A stretch of 12,206 nucleotides of DNA from a candidate division Zixibacteria bacterium RBG_16_53_22 (GTDB taxonomy: Bacteria; Zixibacteria; MSB-5A5; UBA10806). The notes below the pieces were generated by a model. It ran no database searches, was not told the origin of the DNA, and worked only from the letters and a program-made list of their open reading frames with translations. This document shows positions 7,168 through 12,206 of the stretch, piece by piece; within the stretch, counting starts at the first letter, position 1; each line of letters begins with the position of its first letter. The DNA is taken from NCBI GenBank assembly GCA_001775395.1, contig MEWP01000139.1, positions 1 through 12,206 on the forward strand, given 5' to 3'. The position numbers and the translations under genes are program-made.

Positions 7168-9225
7168 ATGATTGCCACACTGGGTATCGGTTTTGGGACA
7201 GCGACGGCGCTGGTGCTGCTGTTTCTGTTCCTCATATTGCCGTCGATCAAGAATATCGGGCCGACCGAGGTTGGCCTGGTCATCAAGCGATTTTCGTTCA
7301 AGAAGCTTTCGGATGAAAATCCGATCGCATTCAATGGCGAGGCCGGTTATCAGGCAGATTTGTTGATGCCGGGATTTCGATTCAAGTTCTGGATCTGGTA
7401 TAAGGTGCAGAAGTTTCCGTGGGTCCAGGTGCCGGCCGGGGAGATTGGTGTCGTGATCGCGCAGGTCGGCCAGCCGCTTCCTACTGGCGCCAAATCAGCC
7501 GTTTACAAAAAGGATTTCGGCGATTTTACCAGGCTCCGGGAGTTTGTTAGGAATGGAGGCCAGAAAGGAGTTCAGCGGCCAGTGCTAGCGCCGGGCACAT
7601 TGGCGCCGATTCATCCGGTGGGATTTCTGATTATCACCAGGGAAAAAGTCTATGGAATCCCCGTTGCTCCCGAATACCAGCAATCGGCGGATAGGGGAAT
7701 CTTGAATACCAAGTCTTTTGGGCTTGAGCCCGAGAAATTGATCGTTACCCGAATTGAACCTCGCATGATATCCACACCCCGTGACCAGGGTGATATCCGT
7801 GGCGAAAATCATGCGCGGGATGGCAAACCCAGAATAGTCGATACGGTCGGCATAGTGACAGTATTCGAGGGCCAGCCGCTGGAGGGTGGTGATATCGCCA
7901 GTCGTCTGGGCGGATTTAAGGATATCGAGGGGCTCGAGACCCAGGCCAACATATCGGATCTTCAATTACAGGAAACGCTACTCGGCAGTAAGAATCATCT
8001 CCACAACAACTACCAGGACTTTCAAGCGTTCTTGGATAACGGGGGTAAGATCGGCCTGCAGCACGATCCCCTGCTTTACGGCGCATTTAATCTCAATCCC
8101 TTTCTCGTATCCGTAGAGCTGATGCCGATGCTGGTAGTCGAACAGGGACAGGTGGCCGTAATCAAGTCATACGTCGGGCTTCCAACGGTGGATACATCGG
8201 GCGCGGAATTCAAATATGGATCGCTGGTGCGGCCGGGCCGGCGCGGCATCTGGCAGGAGGCTCTGCGAACAGGCAAGTACCCGATAAATCCGCATTGCTA
8301 CGTGGCCGAGGTAGTGCCGACCGCCATCCTGACTCTCAATTGGGCGGAGGCGGTCTCTCAGGCTCACAACCTGGATCGGAATCTCAAACAGATCACCGCC
8401 AAGAGCAGAGAGGGGTTTATTTTCAATATCGATCTGCAAGTGCAAATACATGTTCCCGACACCAAGGCGCCTCGTGTCATTTCCATGGTCGGCACGATGC
8501 AGAACCTGGTCAACGAGGTGCTTCAGGCCGCCGTGGGCAACCATTTCCGAGACAAGATTCAGAGCATGCCGGCGGTGTCATTCATAGAGACCCGCCAAAG
8601 TGTCCAGGAGGAGGCTTTTCATCATATCAGCGAGAAACTATCGGAATACCAGGTAGAGACCAAGGGGGTCTACATACAGGACGTGGTCCTTCCCGAGGCC
8701 CTGGTTATCGTCTTGACACAGCGGGAAATCGCCAACCAGCAGATCGAGACTTTCAAGAAACAGAAGCAGTCGCAGGAGCAGCGCGTGCTTATGGAAAATA
8801 CCAAAGGTACCGCGGACATGCAGGCTGAACTGGCAAAATCGAGGGTCGAAATCGATATCAAGGGAAACAGGGCCGATGCCCGTAAAGCGGAGGCCGACGG
8901 CGAAGCCACCTATATCGAAAAGACCGGCACGGCCCAGGGCGCCCAGGTGAGAGCTGTCGGCCTGGCAAGAGCTGAGGCATTTGAACGCCAGGTCGCCGCT
9001 TTGGGGCAGATCCCTACGGCCATCGTAAATAGCATTACCGCGCTGGCGGAAAACGGCGTAAAAATAATGCCCGAAACCCTGGTGACAGGCGGCGGCAGCG
9101 CTCTCGACGGAGCATTGGCTACCCTGATGGGGTATTTGCGAGTGCAGCACCCCGGCTCTCCCCCGGCGCATGAGACAAAAGCATCCATCGAAAAGCCTGA
9201 CAAGAAGTCGCAAGACAAAATGTGA
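7168..9225 (+). CDS. Flotillin-like SPFH (band-7) domain membrane protein of the YqiK/FloT type, unusually long at 685 aa.
   Basis: N-terminal transmembrane helix (IGFGTATALVLLFLFLILP), then an SPFH-type start (PTEVGLVIKRFSF...). The C-terminal region is flotillin-like, rich in Glu/Ala/Gln/Lys: ...AELAKSRVEIDIKGNRADARKAEADGEA...AVGLARAEAFERQVAALGQIPTAIVNSITALAENGVKI...TGGG. GAGAGG is 7 nt upstream. Confidence 0.65.
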   Translation: MIATLGIGFGTATALVLLFLFLILPSIKNIGPTEVGLVIKRFSFKKLSDENPIAFNGEAGYQADLLMPGFRFKFWIWYKVQKFPWVQVPAGEIGVVIAQVGQPLPTGAKSAVYKKDFGDFTRLREFVRNGGQKGVQRPVLAPGTLAPIHPVGFLIITREKVYGIPVAPEYQQSADRGILNTKSFGLEPEKLIVTRIEPRMISTPRDQGDIRGENHARDGKPRIVDTVGIVTVFEGQPLEGGDIASRLGGFKDIEGLETQANISDLQLQETLLGSKNHLHNNYQDFQAFLDNGGKIGLQHDPLLYGAFNLNPFLVSVELMPMLVVEQGQVAVIKSYVGLPTVDTSGAEFKYGSLVRPGRRGIWQEALRTGKYPINPHCYVAEVVPTAILTLNWAEAVSQAHNLDRNLKQITAKSREGFIFNIDLQVQIHVPDTKAPRVISMVGTMQNLVNEVLQAAVGNHFRDKIQSMPAVSFIETRQSVQEEAFHHISEKLSEYQVETKGVYIQDVVLPEALVIVLTQREIANQQIETFKKQKQSQEQRVLMENTKGTADMQAELAKSRVEIDIKGNRADARKAEADGEATYIEKTGTAQGAQVRAVGLARAEAFERQVAALGQIPTAIVNSITALAENGVKIMPETLVTGGGSALDGALATLMGYLRVQHPGSPPAHETKASIEKPDKKSQDKM

Positions 9226-9240
9226 ATCGCAAGCCCCGGG

Positions 9241-9267
9241 GCGAACCAGGTTCAACACCTGGCTCGC
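9241..9267 (+). terminator. Hairpin just downstream of the flotillin-like gene; possible terminator without a clear U-tract.
   Basis: GCGAACCAGGT-tcaac-ACCTGGCTCGC forms an 11-bp stem with one mismatch, 16 nt after the TGA stop. The palindrome CCCCGGGG (9234..9241) precedes it. No T-run follows. Confidence 0.35.
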
Positions 9268-9846
9268 CCACAGGGAATTGAAGCGTATTTTGTCGCCCGG
9301 CGCGAGCAGAACGTTAACTTGATACTTTGCTGATATATAATCAGATATAAGATCGTTACCCCACCGGGCCCGAACGCGACTCAAGATATCTGTTGCCGTG
9401 GTTGCCGGCTGGCCTGGCGCTTTAGCCTTCGACACATTTCCCTTCCAGGACTTTCCCCGAAAGTCCGGTGTAATTTCAGAGAACTTTGGTTTTGATAAAT
9501 GGTTAACTATTTTGGGAAGTGGAAATTGTCATTTTTCAAGAATCGAGGAATCTCCCGGCCTTTTTCCCCGTGAAAAAGTTCCGCAGGGTCGTAGTCCCGA
9601 CCGGAGTTGTCGGGGCGTGACCCTGCGGTGTGTGAGAGCAAGTGCGTGTCGGGTCACGGCCTACGGCCTACCCGGACGGGTCCGTATGGACGACCCGACA
9701 CAACAAGAAGGAATTGCGGAAAATGGTGGAGATCATTCAGCCGAAATTTCTGGGGAAACTCATCTTACCCTTGTCATTGACTTACAAAGTCTAAATGGCT
9801 ACAATGAACACGATGCGGAATTCGGAAATTGCATTTGGGAGGATAT

Positions 9847-11253
9847 ATGCAAACTAACTTTCCATTGAAATCCATATTTGTGGCCTTGATCACGATTCTT
9901 GCGCTGGCCAACGGCGCATTGGCTGCAGACGGCGCGCTGACACCGGAGCTGGTCGGTCAGATACGAGGCTCTCTCGAGCTGGATACTCAATCGCGGGCAC
10001 TCTATAACGCCATTACCAACAACGATGTCAATGAGCTGGCCTTAAATCGCGATCTGCTTCGCCGGCATAATGAGCTTTACAGCCACAAGATAAAGGCCAG
10101 AGGAATCACCAATCAGAAATCAAGCGGTCGTTGCTGGCTGTTTGCCGGCTTAAATTTAATGCGGCCGCATGTCATCGAAAAACATAAGCTGAACAGCTTC
10201 GAGTTCTCGCAGAATTACCTGGCTTTCTGGGACAAGATGGAAAAAGCCAACACCTTCCTCGAACATATGATCGATTTTCGCGACCGCGACGTGCTCGATC
10301 GCGAGGTCGAGATACTCCTGCGCGACCCGATCCCGGATGGCGGCTGGTGGGAGTATGTTGTCGCCTTGATCAAGAAATACGGCGTAGTCCCGAAAGATAT
10401 CATGCCGGAAACCAAAAGCTCGGAAAAAACCGACATGATGAACAGGCTGGTTGGCCGTAAACTGCGCGCCGATGCCATCAAGATTCGAGAATTGGCCGGC
10501 TACGGAGGTTCGGTCGATTCCCTTCGGGCCGAGAAGCAGAAAATGCTGGGCGAGGCCTATCGCATGCTCGTTCTGAACCTGGGCGAGCCGCCTGTCGAAT
10601 TCCAGTGGCGCTACGAGGAGAAAGATTCGACGGTCGCCGCCCTCAAGACATATACACCCAACAGCTTCTTCGATGAATTCGTAAATATCGACCTTGATGA
10701 ATACGTGAGCGTCTTTAATGACCCCGCCAAGGAACTCGGGAAGCATTATCAAGTGAGGTTATCGAGAAATATCTACGACGGCAGAGATATCGATTATGTC
10801 ACGGTCGAGAGCGACGCGCTCAAGGAAATGGCGGCCAAATCGGTGCTGGCTGACCAGCCGGTGTGGTTTTCCTGCGATGTCGGCAAAGACCAGGACGGCA
10901 AGGACGGAATCATGGCATCGGATATTTACGATTATGGTTCGCTTTACGATGTCGATTTTGATATGACCAAAGCCCAGCGAACCCTGTATCGCGAAAGCTC
11001 ACCTAACCACGCTATGGTCTTTGTCGGAGTCGATATCAAAGACGATAAGCCGGTTAAATGGCTGGTGGAAAATAGCTGGGGCACCGAGCGGGGCTCCGGC
11101 GGCTACTGGGCATTGTACGATTCGTGGTTCGACAGCCATGTGTTTGAAATCATTGTCCAGAAGCAATTCATGCCCAGGAAAATTCTCGAAATGTACGACC
11201 AGCCGGTCGTTGTCGTTCCGCCATGGGATCCGATGTTCGAAATGATGAGGTAA
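9847..11253 (+). CDS. pepC: Aminopeptidase C / bleomycin-hydrolase-type cysteine peptidase (family C1B), with an N-terminal signal peptide.
   Basis: QKSSGRCWLFAGLN is the C1B active-site cysteine motif, and the protein is collinear with PepC throughout (...NSWGTERGSGGYW...). I prefer the ATG at 9847 (MQTNFPLKSIFVALITILALANGALAADG, signal-peptide-like) over the ORF-track start at 9829, because GGGAGG sits 5 nt before 9847. Confidence 0.9.
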   Translation: MQTNFPLKSIFVALITILALANGALAADGALTPELVGQIRGSLELDTQSRALYNAITNNDVNELALNRDLLRRHNELYSHKIKARGITNQKSSGRCWLFAGLNLMRPHVIEKHKLNSFEFSQNYLAFWDKMEKANTFLEHMIDFRDRDVLDREVEILLRDPIPDGGWWEYVVALIKKYGVVPKDIMPETKSSEKTDMMNRLVGRKLRADAIKIRELAGYGGSVDSLRAEKQKMLGEAYRMLVLNLGEPPVEFQWRYEEKDSTVAALKTYTPNSFFDEFVNIDLDEYVSVFNDPAKELGKHYQVRLSRNIYDGRDIDYVTVESDALKEMAAKSVLADQPVWFSCDVGKDQDGKDGIMASDIYDYGSLYDVDFDMTKAQRTLYRESSPNHAMVFVGVDIKDDKPVKWLVENSWGTERGSGGYWALYDSWFDSHVFEIIVQKQFMPRKILEMYDQPVVVVPPWDPMFEMMR

Positions 11254-11309
11254 CAACATACTGCAGGGTTACTACTATCAAAATTATCGTATAGAAATCC
11301 GGCCTCAAG

Positions 11310-11337
11310 AAAACCCCCTGCTGAATAGCAGGGGGTT
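11310..11337. terminator. Candidate bidirectional rho-independent terminator between the convergent pepC and SQR-like genes.
   Basis: AAAA-CCCCCTGCT-gaat-AGCAGGGGG-TT is a perfect 9-bp GC-rich stem, 11 bp counting the flanking A:T pairs. A U-tract follows on the minus-strand transcript (GGGGGTTTTCTTG), and a weaker TTGCAAGTTT follows on the plus strand. Confidence 0.65.
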
Positions 11338-11344
11338 GCAAGTT

Positions 11345-11421
11345 TGGTAGCGCTGGAAGGATTTGAACCTTCGACCTTCGGGTTATGAGCCGGATGTAAA
11401 CTCCAAACACGGGACAATACC
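11345..11421 (-). tRNA. tRNA-Met(CAT)-like element. The 3' 50 nt (11345..11394: anticodon arm, variable loop, T-arm, acceptor 3' strand, encoded CCA) are canonical and initiator-like. The 5' 27 nt are non-canonical. Most likely a tRNA 3' fragment or pseudo-tRNA.
   Basis: Minus-strand sequence ...TCCGG-CTCATAA-CCCGA-AGGTC-GAAGG-TTCAAAT-CCTTC-CAGCGCT-A-CCA. The anticodon loop CTCATAA, variable loop AGGTC and T-loop TTCAAAT are identical to bacterial initiator tRNA-fMet, but position 29 is C, which breaks the three G:C pairs of the anticodon stem. The putative 5' part (GGTATTG TC CCGTGTTTGGAGTTTACA) would pair with the 3' acceptor strand only through 3 G:U pairs plus an A:C mismatch, and it has no canonical D-stem. 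Confidence 0.55.
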
Positions 11422-11529
11422 GAACAATAAAGGACAACAAGGGCAAAGACTTACGCCTTGTCGTCTTTTCCGGTATTGTCCCGTTTTGTCCCGTATTACG
11501 GCGTATTATGTTAGAAAAATGTTAGAAAG
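11411..11529. repeat. Compound repeat region: an 11-bp perfect inverted repeat around an imperfect inner inverted repeat, followed by three pairs of short direct repeats at roughly 10-bp phasing.
   Basis: GGGACAATACC (11411..11421) and GGTATTGTCCC (11472..11482) are exact reverse complements. Inside them, GACAACAAGG (11433..11442) pairs with CCTTGTCGTC (11456..11465) with one mismatch, giving a hairpin of about 72 nt. After that come TTGTCCCGT twice (11476..11484 and 11486..11494), CGTATTA twice (11492..11498 and 11502..11508), and ATGTTAGAAA twice (11508..11517 and 11519..11528). Confidence 0.7.
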
Positions 11530-11580
11530 AATCATGGTGGTTTTCGAAATAGCGGACATACGATAGGCTTTTGTTATTGA

Positions 11581-12206
11581 CTATAGCTTCACAGGCACGC
11601 CAAGAATTTTCCCGCCAGTAGTAATGGCTGACTCCAGCAGACTTCTGCGGATTCCATACGGCGCCAACCACCATTTTTCAAAAAGAACTTTGCCAAGATG
11701 CCAGCTGCGGCCGATCTTTTTTAGCCGCACATCTGGCGATGGTTCGGCGAAAAAGTTTCCAAATGCAAATCCAGCGAGGTCCTCTCCCGCTTCCAGCATG
11801 CAGAAACCATCTCCGCAGAATTGGGCATCGGCCCTCTTTCCGCTAATTTCGCCTGCTATTCGTTCGGCCACAATCAGCGCTTGGGAATGGGCAAAAACCC
11901 CGGCTTTCGGCAGCATAAGCGGGACATCGGGCTTCCAGCGTCCCGGCATAGATACTGCGGTGACATCGCCGATGGCGTAAACGTTTTCGTGTTGAGTGGC
12001 TAGCGTGTTTCTGTCGACAGGGATCCATCCTGCGGAATTTGCCAAGCCAGAATCCTGCACGAAACGGGCGCTGCGGTGCGGGGGAATCAAAACGAGCATG
12101 TCATATCGAAATTCGGTGTTACCCTCAAATTTCAATGTTTTGCTTGAAGGATCGACGGATGTAAGTTTGTGCAATGGATGGTAGTTAATTCCGCGCGATT
12201 CCAGAG
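11581..12206 (-). CDS. Sulfide:quinone-oxidoreductase-like FAD-dependent disulfide oxidoreductase, C-terminal roughly 208 codons; the 5' end lies beyond the window.
   Basis: The reading frame stays open from 12174 to the window edge. The 'start' the ORF track lists at 12174 is a TTG and is internal. NVYAIGDVTAV is the flavoprotein-disulfide-reductase second dinucleotide-fold motif. The C-terminal ...FCGDGFCMLEAG...KIGRSWHLGKVLFEKWWLAPYG resembles the SQR / flavocytochrome-c family C-terminal region, with a conserved Cys in a C-x-[AG]-D-x-G-like context and an amphipathic tail. A type-II NADH dehydrogenase cannot be excluded. Confidence 0.55.
   Translation of the reverse strand, partial: LESRGINYHPLHKLTSVDPSSKTLKFEGNTEFRYDMLVLIPPHRSARFVQDSGLANSAGWIPVDRNTLATQHENVYAIGDVTAVSMPGRWKPDVPLMLPKAGVFAHSQALIVAERIAGEISGKRADAQFCGDGFCMLEAGEDLAGFAFGNFFAEPSPDVRLKKIGRSWHLGKVLFEKWWLAPYGIRRSLLESAITTGGKILGVPVKL

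Noticed and set aside
7168-7450. An internal duplication of the SPFH start in the flotillin-like protein (PTEVGLVIKRF... and ...VPAGEIGVVIAQVG).
   Set aside because: On closer reading the second segment aligns with an internal SPFH beta-strand region, not a second domain start. The similarity is a short G-x-V-I motif only.
8638-9435. A 265-aa minus-strand ORF antisense to the 3' end of the flotillin-like gene. The same reasoning covers several other antisense ORFs: 7585..7965, 8167..8544, 8910..9218 and 10156..10752.
   Set aside because: All lie inside, and antisense to, well-supported genes with strong homology signals. Their translations are Cys/Arg/Leu-rich low complexity with no recognisable motifs and no ribosome-binding sites.
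9829-9846. The ORF-track start of pepC at 9829 (MHLGGY...).
   Set aside because: GGGAGG lies inside this extension, exactly 5 nt before the ATG at 9847. The 9847 start begins directly with a canonical signal peptide, so the 9829 start is probably not used.
9398-9868. A 156-aa plus-strand ORF spanning the pepC leader.
   Set aside because: It runs through the structure-dense GC-rich element and ends inside the real pepC start region. Its translation is low complexity, with no RBS. The region is better explained as a non-coding leader.
11345-11421. Calling this a complete, functional tRNA-fMet gene.
   Set aside because: Only the 3' 50 nt are canonical. The would-be 5' acceptor strand needs three G:U pairs plus an A:C mismatch, and there is no canonical 4-bp D-stem. 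The anticodon stem has a C:C mismatch where initiators keep G:C. It is reported as a probable fragment or pseudo-tRNA.
11476-11529. A CRISPR array, considered because of the short tandem repeats.
   Set aside because: Each motif occurs only twice, the units are 7-10 bp with almost no spacer, and the three pairs are different sequences. This is not CRISPR architecture. No cas genes are in the window.
11363-11566. A 67-aa plus-strand ORF covering the tRNA-like element and the repeat region.
   Set aside because: It overlaps a tRNA-derived sequence and palindromic and direct repeats, has no RBS and no homology signal. It is an artefact of the repeat structure.
1-12206. Insertion sequences, transposases, integrases, toxin-antitoxin pairs or known defence-system genes.
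   Set aside because: No ORF in any frame shows DDE transposase, tyrosine or serine recombinase, nuclease or other defence hallmarks. The only mobile-element signal is the tRNA fragment and its adjacent repeats, which are reported separately.

Overview
This 12.2-kb window comes from a bacterial genome. One partial secreted protein carries the repeated beta-propeller-like motif typical of the Fibrobacteres-Chlorobi-Bacteroidetes (FCB) group and related uncultured lineages. I support nine protein-coding genes, two of them running off the window ends. (1) 1..277 (-): the N-terminus of a secreted protein with the W-x-[KT]-x-[FY]-G-G-x-x-x-D-x-G repeat motif. (2) 617..2461 (+): a 614-aa secreted protein built from four diverged tandem copies of a roughly 130-aa module I cannot assign to a known family. 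(3) A minus-strand cluster of dsrC (6739->6416), a five-helix NarI/DsrM-like membrane subunit (6368->5439), a DsrK/HdrD-like iron-sulfur protein with ferredoxin and CCG (cysteine-rich, HdrD-type) motifs (5436->3823), and an orphan PpsR-family (DUF299) kinase/pyrophosphorylase (3702->2791). (4) 7168..9225 (+): a long flotillin-like SPFH (band-7) protein. (5) 9847..11253 (+): a secreted aminopeptidase C (family C1B) with the QxxSGRCWxFA active-site motif. (6) 11581..>12206 (-): the C-terminal part of a sulfide:quinone-oxidoreductase-like flavoprotein. Non-coding features: a 77-nt tRNA-Met(CAT)-like element whose 3' 50 nt closely match initiator tRNA but whose 5' part is non-canonical, which I read as a 3' fragment or pseudo-tRNA; next to it, an 11-bp perfect inverted repeat and three pairs of 7-10-bp direct repeats phased at one helical turn; a perfect 9-bp (extendable to 11-bp) hairpin that could terminate transcription in both directions; a GC-rich intergenic island of about 210 bp; and a structure-dense leader upstream of pepC with mutually exclusive pairings. 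The items I would look at first are the compact dsrC-dsrM-dsrK-like module (with an SQR-like gene 5 kb away and no dsrAB in the window), the uncharacterised four-repeat secreted protein, and the tRNA-fragment/repeat junction, which looks like an integrative-element attachment site. I see no CRISPR array, IS element or rRNA.
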